The notes under the pieces were generated by a model. The model made no database searches, was not told the origin of the DNA, and saw nothing but the letters and a program-made list of their open reading frames with translations. This document shows positions 15,391 through 28,990 of a stretch of 64,000 bases of DNA, piece after piece. Made by a program: the position numbers and the translations under genes. The stretch's first letter is position 1; each line of letters opens with the position of its first letter. The stretch lies in the NCBI RefSeq assembly GCF_006345805.1, contig NC_043013.1, positions 13,392,001 through 13,456,000 of the forward strand. The letters run 5' to 3'. Source of the DNA: Octopus sinensis. Lineage: Eukaryota.

Positions 15391-17039
15391 GCACATATGT
15401 TAAAACAGAAAAGCTAGAAATGCTTAATTTACAGGTGATACCATTCTTCACTGCTTCTTAAACTGTCACACACAGGTGTTAGCAACACAGATGTTTTATA
15501 TAAATTCAACATAACCTCCATAATCTTGTTTATTTCAACAGTATAATAAAAACGACATAATGCTCATAACAAAGAAACATTCTCCAACCCACTTACCCCC
15601 TCTAGTCTTAAACGCATCATACAACTAAATCCTTAGGTCACCACACATTCTAAGCTTCTAAATTACTGAGTATCTCTCCTGGCAATCTCAAATCTATAAT
15701 AAATCAAACAAGTGTGTCAAGGTGCTGTCTTCCTCTTTTGAACCACCAGATCATACTTCAACTCTGAACAACTTTCTACAAAGTTCTTCATTGTGAGACC
15801 TTCAATTGATACGGTCCCCACAACAGGAAAGAGACTGCACTTAAACATCAGAAATAACCTATATTACACAGAAATGAACACCAAGCATCTGGCTGGTCAA
15901 GATTTCTGTCTGCAAAAGCTCTGTCTCCTGACTCTTATATATTTGCTGATAATATACTGGTCATTATTCCTCTCATTAACAATTCTTTGTATTCCCACTC
16001 ATTTCCAAACTAACCACTTTTCCAAATACTTCCTCCTCAAGATGTTAATCTCTCAAAATCATATTCACACACATTACTCTTGTAACACTTATTCAAACTG
16101 GCATTAACTTGTAGCTGATCAACCTGAACATTAGCCACATCTATCTAAGCAATTAACAAATGTCATTAATTAATTGCTTCATCATTATAGAAAGCATATA
16201 AAAATACAACAAATATATATCTATCATATACTTGAGAAGTTATTGTTTCTATCATTTACTTCTCTTTCTTTTATATATAACTATTGCCTGATCTCTGCTG
16301 CCAACACAACGCTCCCATTTACTATTCTGCTTCTTCCTTCATCTCATTAAACGCTTTTCTACTTTCATCATTTTCCTTCTTTTTCTTTCTCCTTCTTTCA
16401 TTTCCCCTGCCAATCTAATATTATCAATACCTTTTTCACTTCTTTCTTACCTTTACTTTATCTCTCTTCTTCTAAAACCTAAATAGAAAGGTAACAATTT
16501 AGTTTAAGACTCACTTAATGCAGAGCTTCTGCTGAATACCTTGCTATGTGTATCAACCCCTAATACTGACATATTAGATGATTGAAATTTATTTATCGAA
16601 CTGAAATTGTGCAAATTTGAAATTATGGTAATTGATCATATGTAATCTTTCAGTTTATAATTAATTTTCTTATTGTGTTTCTCTCATTAATGATGGGTGG
16701 CCATGGAAATTCACCAAAGACACTTTATCAGTAGAATATTCTGGATGTATCACTTTTCATTGAATACTGAGGAAAGTTAATGAATTGAGAATCAATAGAG
16801 AGCAGAAATATGTAAAGTTCGATCTTTGTAAGTCATTTGTTGGAATAAAGCCCTGAGATTAATACATCCCTTGGTAATGACTAATGGAATAGTACCAAGT
16901 GTGTCTGATTGGTGGTACTGACTTTCACTGAGAAGGAATTTGAAGCCACGTATTAGAATGTTTATGGTTTTATTAAATCTGCATGAAGGAAATAGTACAA
17001 AACTTATTTGAACAATAAAGCTTGAAGAAATAAGAATAT

Positions 17040-17950
17040 AATGTTGATATATTAATTCAAATTCACTGAAGAGCAAAGGGAAATGTCTTCTGCTATTTTT
17101 GATAGGGTTCAAGAACAAGACTCTGGAACTGGCTTCTTGGAACTTGATAGTAGAACTGGAAAGACATTGTTGTTTCAGTCTATTGCTTGCCAAAGTCTCT
17201 CAATATATCATCAAAAGGAAATGCTGATAAGGATTAGTTTATTGTGGATCCCAACTTGATTGGGAATGACCCACACATTGTGGTTTCAGGACCATCCTCT
17301 ACAGAACATGTAGAATCAGATGGACAGTATCAGGTGAAGGAAATGGTAGACTGCCACTAACTCATAATTCTGAGTGGCACAATTGTAGACAGTATTGAAA
17401 TCAATCATTGTTTACATCTGCTTGTTTTGTCATTGGAGTCTTGAAAAGGTTGTCTATATTTCTGTCTGGGTTCACGTCTTTGATTTATAAAACATGAGTG
17501 ACCATACAAGAGTAATAGATTGCTCTCAGAGTTACTGGACCATTCAAGCCCTCTTTTACAACATGAAATGGCTATCAACATAATACTACAGTAATTGCAG
17601 CTGTTTTTTCAGCTCTTGCTTCCACATTCTTCCAGGAAGAAATACAGCAAATTCTGTTTTCAAGTTCCTGTAGGACTTGATGCACTTGTGTGCCAAATTG
17701 CCATGAGTTTGGAAGTCAGACACATTCTTAAGAGATGCCAAATTATTGTCTTGGATTGTTACACAATTATAAACAAAAGAGCTCTGGAGGCTCTGGACAA
17801 ATCAATAAAGAATAGAATGACAGTGGATCTCAAAAGGGTAGCTGTGTTGTTGTCAAGGGACTTCTATCAGACCCATCCAGTGATCCCAAAAGTAACAAGA
17901 GCCAATAAAATCCATGTCTGCCTTAATTTGGCATCACTTTAAACTAATAT
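17040..17950 (+). mobile_element. Decayed Helitron PIF1 helicase (paralog at 53640-54540)
   Basis: FTEEQRE..IFDRV...GFLELDSRTGKTLL (Walker A relic); ILKRCQIIVLDCYTIINKRALEALDKS...VAVLLSRDFYQTHPVIPK..RANKIHVCL. Confidence 0.8.
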
Positions 17951-18704
17951 TAAAATCTTTAAAGTGTTTAGGAACTTGAGAGCAAATTTTTTGGGGAGAT
18001 CAACTTTCTGGTCTAATGAGAAGCTGTAATAAGAATAAAAAAAAAAGGAATTAATGCAAGAAATGAAAACTGAAAATGATATATATCTGAGAAACAAGAA
18101 AAATAGAATTCTGTAGTAGATAGATAGTGGAGCGGGGGACACTGAAATTACAAACATTTCTGGCTGGAGGGAATAAGAACAGTAAAAGGATAAGAAAGAG
18201 CAAATAGATGAATCACTCATTAGCCATATTAAGAAGAGGACAAGAGGAGAAAGTGAGGCAGAAGAAATGACCATGGAATTTTATATAAAATAGAGATAAA
18301 AAAATGCATTGCCACAGTAATAAGATGGGATTGAAGTTTAGCTGCCAAAACAGGACCAATAATGTCAGAAACTTGCTTTAAACTCAACCAAGGAGATGAA
18401 GAATATCAGAAGGGACATCAGCCCAAAGGTGACATCAACATTCCCTAAATAAAAGTTACATAAAATATTTAGGAAAATGAAGAATATGTTTGGAAAAAGA
18501 GAAAATGATTATTTCAGTATAGTAGACTAAGCTACATAGTGGCAGTTACTGGAGACAGATCCAGATATATTTCAACCTTATTGTAACCTCATCAGCAAAA
18601 CACTGACTCTACTGAATATATCAACATCATAATAGGAGAATCACTGAGTAAATGTTAATTGATTGGCTTTAAAAAAATAGAATAGTTTAGTTGTAAATAT
18701 ATTG

Positions 18705-18920
18705 GTTTCCAATTTTGGTAAAAGGCCAGTAACTGCGAAGGAGGGGATAAGTTGATTTTATCAATCCCAGTGCTCAACTGGTAATTAATTCATAGACCCC
18801 AAAAGGAGGAAAAGCAAAGTCAATATTAGTGGGATTTGAAGTTAGGACAAATAGGAGCTACGAAAGGTTGCTAAGTATTTTGACCAGCATACTAACGATT
18901 CTGCCTGCTCACTGCTTTAG
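18705..18920 (-). mobile_element. tRNA-derived SINE
   Basis: The reverse strand reads gcagtgagcaggcagaatcgttag...ttcaaatccc...gactttgcttttcctccttttggggtc...taccagttgagcactggg. Same family as 31470, 31985 and 63800. Confidence 0.75.
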
Positions 18921-19080
18921 GTTAGATATAAATATATAACAATAATTTAACTATTGCTTATAACCAACTGATTCCCTGTTAAAAAAAATAATATGGCATG
19001 TATGAAATTAACAAGGTATCCTTAGTATTTCATTTATGCTCCATATGTTATGTTTAGATTTGTCTGTAATAACAACTTAC

Positions 19081-19237
19081 CTGGAATATTCATTTCTGCG
19101 ATAGTATCTTCAAACATTCTTCTGAACTCATATGGAGTACCATTATCAACAAGGATAAAATGTGAATGATTAGGATCCAAGTCATACAGCTCTGTGTTAG
19201 GACCATCCCTTCTAGAATTCTCTACAAACTGCGATCT
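19081..19237 (-). CDS. TRPM: TRPM module B exon: RSQFVENSRRDGPNTELYDLDPNHSHFILVDNGTPYEFRRMFEDTIAEMNIP
   Basis: atttctag|AGA...CCAG|gtaagt; 157 nt, phase 0 to 1. Paralog of 55400-55574. Confidence 0.93.
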
Positions 19238-19383
19238 CTAGAAATCAAATCAATATTTTAGTAATTATACTTGTTATCAAAATCATTGTCATATAAATAT
19301 GTGTTGTGTTTGATCTGACATAGTAAAATATAAAACAATGAAGGATTGGTGGAAAGGGAAACACAGAGAAATAGATAGATAAT

Positions 19384-19455
<72 letters not shown>

Positions 19456-19849
19456 GAAGAGGGAAGGAGTGAGAGAGAGAGTATCAGAATATGGATTGAG
19501 TTATACTGAATGTGTTGGTGGGAGTCGTTTTAATGTTCACAGACATTAGAAAAAGGAACACTAGTGAATTGCTATAGGAATGCATAATCACACAACATAA
19601 GGACAACATACCCACATACATTCTCCCTTCCAATTCAAACATATTTAGATATATATATACATACGGTTATATGTATACATGCATGCATAAATATGTACAC
19701 ATATATAAATGCATACACGTATATTAAACTGGCACTCGGATAGAAAAGGTGTTCTAGTTGTTCTAATCAATGGAACAACATGGAGATGAAATTAACGCAC
19801 AGGGGATGAACACCTAATAACATAATACCCCGCATGGATTCCTCCTTGG

Positions 19850-20790
19850 AATCCGTGCTGGAAGAATAGACAAGGAGATTTCAGACTTCCTCAACAAAGG
19901 ATAATGGAAAAAATTCACAAAGGAGCTTGAAGATTCAGGATTCAACTGCGAGGCGACCGCACTAAGGAATTCGTCAATGAAATCCACGAGATCATCAACA
20001 ATGATCCCACGAGTTTATGCGTGCTATTGCAAAAGAGAAAGGTGTGAATGAAAAAGTTATCGGGCTGGTGGTGCATGAAGACACTCGCTTCATTTCATAC
20101 AAAATGAGGATAAGAGACTGGCCAACAAAGAAACTGGCCAACAAACAAAGAAACTGGCCAACAAACTGAAACACCCGCTGGAACCAGACATGATGTAGTC
20201 CTTTTCCCACCAGAAGAATTTCTGCCAAGGTCAGACGATCATTTCCCAGGACAATAGGTGGTTGGCCGTCTCACCCAAGGACTTGCCCAGAGTTATGCAG
20301 ACAAACATTCTTCCTACAGCCATGGTGTTCGATATCGTCAGCAGTGAAGGTGATGTCTTGTCACCACACATCTTGCCCGAGAGCCTCAGGCTGAACACCG
20401 CCGGCTACATCCGTGTTCTGAGTGAAGTGGTGGAGCCCTGGATAGCTGCAGGGATTCCGTACCCTACTTCCTGCCATACCAGCTGGAAGACTCAGGCCTG
20501 ACTGTCGGAGAATTCCTTCGAACTCATAGCACCTAACATTTGCCTACCGGAAACCCCTTGACTGAAATCACGAAGGACGAGTTGCAGTTTCCATTACCAG
20601 AGCCTTCAGGGGCCTAAAACGGGAGAGAGTGACTGAGGCCTGTAGCCAATTCCGAGGACCACTGAATGCTGTCATCGAGGCTAAAGGCAAGTTCATTGAA
20701 TGAGATCGACAGAACACATGAAAACAAACATCCAAATTTGAAGAATATATCTCAAAAAATTATAACACACTTTTATTTTTCCTGATAGTC
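19850..20790 (+). mobile_element. Tc1/mariner superfamily (maT/DD37D-like) transposase relic
   Basis: MVFDIVSSEGDVLSPHILPESLRLNTAGYIRVLSEVVEPWI...CHTSWKTQA, with frameshifts. Confidence 0.8.
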
Positions 20791-21769
20791 ATCAAGCGAA
20801 CGAAACCGTCTGCAGCTTCTACACACATGCAAACACACACATACACACACACACAAACACACACACTCACATATGTATAAACATACCACTAAACTTAAAC
20901 CAAAGACATAATCTGTAACAGACAACGTTTGTATCATTTGTTAGACAATTGTCTGATAAACTATGAAATAAAATCAAGCTTAATATTTTATAGGTTGAAT
21001 ATATCTTAAATTAAATGTTTTATAAATAATTATATCTATATATACAAATATATATATTCAAGATGGTGACGGTTTGTTGAAACGTGGAAATCAAACCCTT
21101 TAGAGAACCTTGAAAAACTGTAATTGGACTAAATTGAGCTGAAATCGAAACTGTCCACCGATATTAATATTAGCATGCTCTAAGTAACAAAATACGAAAG
21201 AGTTTACGAAAAAAAGCAAAAGACGAAGACCGGTGGTGTGCAAAACAAACAGATGTATTTGTATAACACTCAGGAATAGAAAAAGTCTTTTACGTTTCGA
21301 GCCTATAGAAAGGGACACAGAAAAAACAAGGAGAAAAAAAAGGAGAGAAAAAAATATATATACATATATATGTATATATATACACACACATATATAGATA
21401 TATATGTATGCATATTTTTTAAGGCTTTCACCAGAGGCTGAGGCCATGCTGGTGCACCGCCTTTATAGTATCCGGGGATTTTTCCAGTATTGCTTCTGGT
21501 GAAGAAGCAAGTTGGACGTTGTCACTCTTCTTTGTGCCTCCTGCCGCGATGTGTTCATCTGGTATTACAGATACAAAAACCTGTCTAGACGTTTTTTGAA
21601 GACTTCCATTCTACACCTCGCAGATCCCTAATGTTCTGTGGTAGGGCATTATAAAGTTATCCCAAGCTATTACAACATTGGGTTCGTATCCTCGATGGAG
21701 AAGATGAGACCTTTGTTACGCTGCAGTACTGTCCGGTTCAGTGATTGTTAGTGAGTGCGAGTTAGAGAG

Positions 21770-22030
21770 AGAGAGAGAGGGGGGAACAGACATAAACTAA
21801 AAGTGAGGAACTATTACAGAGGGTGAGAGAGAATACATGTAAGCAAGAGAAACAAAGAATGCGAAAAAGAGAAAGAAGGGAGAAATAAACACAAAGAGAG
21901 AGAGAGAGGGGGGGAAACAGACATAAACTAAAAGAGAGGAACTATTACAGAGGGTGAGAGAGAATAAATGTAAGCAAGAGAAACAAAGAATGCGAAAAAC
22001 AGAAAGAAGGGAGAAATAAACAGAGAGAGA
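21770..22030. repeat. ~130-bp purine-rich direct tandem duplication
   Basis: aacagacataaactaaaag...agaaagaagggagaaataaaca at ~21785 and ~21916. Confidence 0.9.
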
Positions 22031-22129
22031 GAGAGAGAGAGAAAAGGAAGAGAATAGGTTGAAACCTGCAGAAGTAAAAGGCAGAGAATCGGTTGGAAAC
22101 TGCAGTGTTTAGAGAAAAACTCGTGTAAA

Positions 22130-23600
22130 ACCCCTTTTTATCCCGGTTTCTCGCTTTACGCGGGAGCTCTGGGCAAAATGTTATAGTGCATGCCTATCCT
22201 TGGCACATAAGGAATGTGTGTATAAAGTTTGATGAAAATCAGTTGAAAACTGTAGAAATGCATAAACACACATCCTTTGTTTTATATATATCTACACCAG
22301 CAAACATTGCTTTGGTGGTATTTTTTTACCAAATAATTGGACAACCAAGAAGGTTTATGGGTAGCATGGCAATCTATGTTTCCGATTAATCTAGGAATGG
22401 AAAATCAGATTGAAGGCTGATTACTGTGGCGGTTGTTGCACTTTACTGATCGTCGAACATATTAGTTTGAAAGCGATGCAAAGTAGAGCTACTGTGTTTT
22501 GGGAGTAGATTAAGGATAACGACTACAAAATATAGTTGTTTTACATGAAAGCGAAATTTCTTGTCAGAAAGAGACACATAAATGGTATAATGAAATTGAA
22601 GGAAGACGTTGAAACTTCCCTCTGCAAGTTTTTTTTTGCCACAGCAAAAGGAGCTATTTTTTAGATATAAGCTAAGAAAAGCCCCTTTATTCTGTCCTCC
22701 CACGTAGCCTGCGCATAAACTAGCAGCGAACGATGCATAAAGTTAAATTGGTATGGAGCTTTTTGAAAGATATGTATAGCTTTCGCTAGTGGAAGCGAAA
22801 CTCTTATTTAAAGGTTGATTGTTTTTAGAATGAATCATATGTGATTGTTTTAAAAAAGGCTAGATCGACAATGCTAAAACGTATTTGAAACAACGGACAA
22901 CAGTCAAAATATCATAATGGATAGGTAAATAAAGTGAAACAACGCACTGGTAGGTAAACAAATGTATCGACAAGTAGCAGAGAGAGGAGGGAACATTACC
23001 TTTAAAGAAACTCAGAATAGGTAAAGGTAAGATTGCCAAATTTTAAATATGGCGATTAAGTTTGTTTGGTATTGGATATTCATCACGTACAGTGTTCCTA
23101 GTCAATTTAATCGCCGTGGCTGATGGACAGTCGAAATAAATAAAAATACGAAATCCCTTCATCTTTATAAAAAGATTAAAGGAAAACCCTACATATAAAA
23201 AAACATGTAAATTTAGGTACATTTACGCCAGAACTTTGGGCAAAATTTGTTAGTGCATGACCATCCTCGGGACATAAGCAATGCGTGTGTAAAGTTTGGT
23301 CAAAATCGGTTGAGAATTGTGGAAATGTATGCGTTCAATGTTCCTTGTCAATTTAATCACCGTCATTGGTGGACAGTGGAAATAGACAAAATCCTTTCAC
23401 TTTTATAAAACGATTAGTAAAGTATGGAAGACTCTGCATACAAAGAACTATGTCCATTTACATCCATTTATGCGGGAGCTCTGGGCAAAGTGTTATAGTG
23501 CATGACAATCCCTGGGGCATAAGTAATATGAGTATAAAGTTTGGTGAAAATCGGTTGAAAATTGTGGAAATGTATGCAATTAGTCATTACACACATATAC
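22130..23600 (+). repeat. Three dispersed copies of a ~120-bp non-autonomous (Helitron/MITE-like) motif
   Basis: ctctgggcaaa.tgttatagtgcatg...aaagtttg.tgaaaatc.gttga at ~22165, 23230 and 23478. Confidence 0.6.
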
Positions 23601-24025
23601 TGCGATTTATTTATAATAAGGTAAGGAAACTAAGGCAAAGTAGAATAAAAGGTTTCCCCAGATACAATGAAATACCAGCAATAGAAGTGAACTCATTTTC
23701 TATCGTCAGGTGACAAACACCCTATTCACTCAGCTGGTTTTGCTTTTATAATTCAGGTAAAACAGAAAAAAATACGCACATGAAAGTCACGAACCTTGAC
23801 TATATTACTTCACTTATCATAAAATTAGCATTTCATCATAAATTATATGGGTCTTTTCTTGATCCCTTGCTGTAATCTGATACTTAAATGTTCCATCTCA
23901 ATAATTAATATCAAAATTTCAAGCACCAATAGTATAATATAAATCAATACGTAATGTTGCTACGGAGAAAGGATAAGATTAGAACATTTTTTTTAAGAAT
24001 AGGAAAAAAATTTAACAAAATTTAC

Positions 24026-24174
24026 GTTACTCACTCTCAATTTCTTGTCTTTTACATAGATCCGTTCTGCAATACCAATAGTATGACAGTTACTGCTAGA
24101 TGTATAGTCATTTATAGCTTCCCCAACACATTTCGCAACTCCAGTATGTAAACCTTCACTTATGATCCAGACAT
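24026..24174 (-). CDS. TRPM: TRPM module B exon: (D)VWIISEGLHTGVAKCVGEAINDYTSSSNCHTIGIAERIYVKDKKLRVSN
   Basis: tttcgcag|AT...AAC|gtaaat; 149 nt, phase 1 to 0. Paralog of 59711-59874. Confidence 0.9.
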
Positions 24175-25553
24175 CTGCGAAACAAGAGATCAATAATTAT
24201 ATTTAAATATTAGTTTCTTATTCTAAAATTACACTAGAGTTTTGGAGAAAATGCTTTGTGATATCTAATTATATTTCTTCACATAGTGACTTCAAAACAA
24301 CTGAAAGGGCTGGAATTTTCTCTTTTTCCATATAATCTTGCAGAAATATGCACCTGTCGTTAACTGAGGTCGATTTAACTATTGATATATTTCTCATTAT
24401 GGAAGCAAGGATATGATGTATTGAATCAACCCAGAATCTACTGTTATCAATTTTTAAATCAATCCTTGACAAGATAGGTAGAATAAGATGAATCGCTGGC
24501 AAAATTTGAACTTGTAACGAAACGAAATGAAATACTAAATACTAAAATACATTTACGAGTCCAGCTTTTTCCAGACACAGACGTCTTCTCCCAGCATATT
24601 TGATTTATTCCATATTGCAAACTAGAAATGTGTTGTATGTTAGAGAAAGAGTTAGATCTAGATGAAAGTGTGACAGGGTTTCACTTATTGGCTCAAGTTT
24701 AGTAATATTCATTCTGGAATAATGAATGAATGTCACTCTTTCCATTTCCCAATGCCTCAAAAATAGGAGTTTTTCTTGCAATATTCAAAGAGAGATGGAA
24801 GAGTGCAAAGAGAAATTTTATACTTAAGTAAGCCTGTCAAAGGGACGATCAGCTCTGGACTACTGAAATGTAGATGAGAGTGGCGTGAATGATGCGAGTG
24901 AATGGGTCTGCGCAGAGCACACGCCTCTAATTGGAGAAAAGGAAAGAAACAGAATTCTCTGCCCCAAAATTCTGGGTATCCATGGTTTTTATAAGGTTTT
25001 TCCATGAGCAGTCTTTGAACGTCTCCCCACTGTCGAGGATTATACGTTGTTAAATTTGTTTCGTTTCCTTCCATTATGCTAAAGCTGTTTACACGCAAAA
25101 CCCTCACAACACACCATCATACACATACAGAAATTATTTGCTTTGTCATTTACTGTCCATAATGTTTTTCGTAATGTAAACACTTTGTGATCAGTAAAGA
25201 AATTATCATCATCATCATCATCATCATTATTACTGAGTGAGAGAACAGTGCATGCCATCAAAGTGACATTGGGATACAAATATATGAAACCCAATATACC
25301 CGTCATGACTACCCGACTAAAAAGGGTGCACTAGGAACATGTATCACAACCATATGTACGGCACAAGGTGATCTCATATCAAGATAAACACCTTGCAGGT
25401 GGGGTCCAGTTAAAATTTTTTGAGGTCGAGTAGCCCGTCCCATTCAAAAGGTACCTGAACAAGGTTTGTTTAAGGATGTTTAATAAAACATTACTGTTGT
25501 TGTTTCTGTTTCTGTTATTGTTGTTATTATTGTTATTAAATAAAACTTTATAC

Positions 25554-25737
25554 CATTGTCTCTTGCTGCATTAACCAAGCCACGCCCAAGAGCTTGTTTA
25601 GTAAATGGATTCAACTGGACGTCTTCCCTTCCTCCAATCACAGAAATAAGTAAGCTTGGCAATGAGGATATCAACCATCGATGCATTAACAAGTGAATTA
25701 TTGCTTCCATTGGGGTTTGGTGATTCATGTAATCAAT
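25554..25737 (-). CDS. TRPM: TRPM module B exon: IDYMNHQTPMEAIIHLLMHRWLISSLPSLLISVIGGREDVQLNPFTKQALGRGLVNAARDN(D)
   Basis: ttttttctcacatatag|ATT...AATG|gtataa; 184 nt, phase 0 to 1. Matches W...PxLLISVxGG...GLxxAA. Confidence 0.92.
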
Positions 25738-26069
25738 CTATATGTGAGAAAAAATGCATTTAATTAATGTAACTTAATGTGTGATACAATGAAATAAAAA
25801 CATTCAAATGCTAGCAGTTTTGTGAACAGATTTCATTGTGATGATTTATTGTTTGTATTCATAATATTGAGAATTGTGGTATTGGACATTATTTCAGATG
25901 TTATGGGTTTGTCCTGTCACAGATGAAATCAGGAAAATTCAAGCAACAATTTCAAGGATTATCAGCCATAACTGTTATTGTAATAATTATTTATTATAAT
26001 ATGTTTATTATCTTGCTATATATGTTCAATAGTGTAACAGATATGAATATTTCCCTCATATGTAGAGTT

Positions 26070-28990
26070 TAGTCATGGTTGGATGCTTCAAGCTCTTGCT
26101 TGAAGTAGTTGATATCCTCCCAGGTAAGTGGTTACGGAGACATCACCATGCATAGAACCGATGAAGTCACTAGTGTTCTCTATCGCTGGTGGCCCCGTAC
26201 CAGCCCCTTTGCATTTTCCACGGTGGCATCAAGATTCTAGAAATATTCTCCAATCACGTGCAGCCATACGGTGCGGGGCCTGCCATAAAGCCTCTCCTTG
26301 TCCTCAGCTTCAGCTTCGAATGAGAGTAAAGCCCATGTAGAATGATCTAACAGGAAATGGAGAGCATGTCCGTATCAGGGAATATGACAGAGAACTGTGA
26401 GATGAGAAGCTGGGTGCTGATGCATGCGCGCACTCAATTCTTTGTTGCAAACATGATGGTACCACCTGATGTACTCAAATGTTCTGCTATTGAAGCCGCC
26501 GACCTTCTTTGCCAGGGTATCCGAGAGGGGCCAGGTTTCTGCTCGATAGAGGAGAATGGCGAGGGCCGATGCATTGTAGATGCAGAGTTTCATCTTCTGG
26601 GAGACAGAGCAGTGGCTCCAAAGAGGTTTCATTGTTGATAACAATGGAGCCCAGGGGATGAGAGAGCTAACAAATTTCACGACGTCGGGGCCAGTATGGA
26701 GAGAGGGAAGTTCCAGGCCATCCCAAACATGCATCAGCTTCGTCTTCGCCAAACTTAACAGAAAGCAAAGTTTGGCTGATTTTTCTCAGAATATGGTGAG
26801 TACGTCCCCTGAGCTGGTCGATTAATTTAATGAGTAGGGTGGTGTCATCTGCATACACAAAATTGATAAGGTGGTATTTTTAGAAACTCGTTCACAGACC
26901 TTGATAATCCGTAACACAGTTAAAGTGTTCAAGCACGGTCACACAGCCACATCTGACCTTACTCTTGATGAGGAACCAGGCAGAATCTTTGCTGTTCGCC
27001 CAAATGCAGCTCTTGGCACTGTTATGGAGCTGCTGGAACAGAGTGTGATCTTGGGAGAGGTACCGACGAGCTCGAGAATTTTCCACAAGAATGCATGATC
27101 GACTGTGTTTAAAGCCATCTGGAAATCGATAAAGGTGATGTAGAGTTGGCGATCTTTGCGAAACTCCTGAAATCTTTCAATGATGAGACGAAGGGCAAAA
27201 CTATGATCTGTGATAGTTCGATTCTGCATGAATCCGGATTGTTGTGGGTGGCATCTGCTTCTAGTGGCATGAAGAGCACGACTGAGAAAGATGCTGGTGA
27301 AGAGCTTGCTCGGGATAGGGAGGAGGATGATATCCCGGTGGTCATTACAGGCGAGTTTGTTGTCCTTTAACTTCAAGAAGGGGAGAATGGGTTCAGTCAT
27401 TTAGGAGCTGCTCTGACACTCATACATGTTTGGTGATGCAAGTGAATCCCTGTGTCATGTTTTCTCCTCCAGGCTTCAATATCTCCGCAGTGGTAGAGCA
27501 GATTCCAAGACCTTTGAGGGCATTGAGCGTCATCTTTAGAGCGGCAATAACTTCGTTGAGGGTGACAGGATCGAGTCTACAAGCGTCATTGGTTGCATCT
27601 GTGACTGCAGTGACGGTTAGGCTGGGATCAATTGGGACAGGTGGTGATGAAGAAGGCTGAAGTGCTCCTTCCAGAGTTCGGATAGACTTTCTCCGTGGTG
27701 ATGACTTTGCTATTGGTACCCCTTGCCGGGGCTATCTTAAACTGGAGATCATCACGAGCTCTGTGGTGCAAGTTGAATACCCGACTGATTGTCGTTGTTC
27801 TTTGCTGCTGCATGCAGGCGCTCAATTTTTCCCACCCAGAACTTCTCTCGGTCGTCTGATATGGCATTGTTGCATACCGTTTGAGCCGGTGATACACCCT
27901 CATGATACACCACAAAGGCAAACCTTGCAGCGGTAGTTTATTATCTCATGCGCTCACAGTAAAAATCCAGCGCCGCTTAGGAAGAGTTCTTGAACATACC
28001 AGGACGTTACATGCATACTGGTTAACACTTGATTTAAAGATCTCCCAGTTATCAGTCTCATTCATAGCTAGGACGCTGAAATGATTGGTGCTAGAGTACA
28101 CAAATTTTGAGGCGATATTGGGATCACGGAGACAGGATGAGTTAGGGTGTAGCTGGCATTTGGTGGCGGGGTCACAACCAGCAATCGATGATCGGTATTA
28201 CCGAGTTAAGCACCTCTGTAGACTAGACTTGGCAGTTAGTAACAAATTACCTCCAGCGGCGGGAGATGATGATATGGTCAATCGACTTCTGGGTGTAACC
28301 GTCCGGACTGTACAAAGTCCAGTGATGGGTAAGTTTTCGGGAGAAACATGTGTCTGCAATATAAAGGTTGTTGTAACGGCATCGGAGCAGAGGTGATTAC
28401 CATTGTCATTGGTGACTGGGTCGGCAAAGGTTGTACCAATAGGCTGAGTCTGGAGTTGGTCGGTCGAAAAGAGTGGACAGCAAATTATCACTCACCGGGT
28501 TCCGAAAACTGGGTGACTTGCTGACATACTTGGGCATGTAAGTGCCATGCTGTAGAGGCTCATTGAGTCTTCAGGATCGCTCCAGATAAAGTAACGATCA
28601 CCTTCGATGAAATTATCATTGCCAGGACAGCGTGTCACGCTGAGTCCGCCAAGGTGATGTTGTAGCAGAGTAGCTATCAGGACAACAGGGTGTGTGACCT
28701 GGGACGGTGGAGTGACAGGAAATTCCATATATCAATACATATTCTGTAGTATAAGTTGATTTCTCGTTAGTCGAGAACATGCAGGTTCTCCACAGGATAA
28801 TCAGATGAGAGTACTGACATCTTGGAGATGAGCCGACGCGCTGTGGGTCACCCTTAATCTGGAACCTCCCCGGAAGATTTGTCAGTCTAATGCAGCCCTA
28901 CCAGGAGCGAAGCTCCAGATGGTTACGCTCTCTCAGACCGAAGGAACACACAAGCCTCACCACAGATATAGACCAATGGATTTAAAATTT
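26070..28990 (-). mobile_element. Degenerate RTE/RTE-X LINE (APE + RT)
   Basis: ORF 26939-27400 QQSGF..NRTITDHSFALRLIIE...YITFIDFQMALNTVDH; YADD in 26667-26858; ILLYRAETW in 26375-26752; APE relic 28198-28728. Confidence 0.85.
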
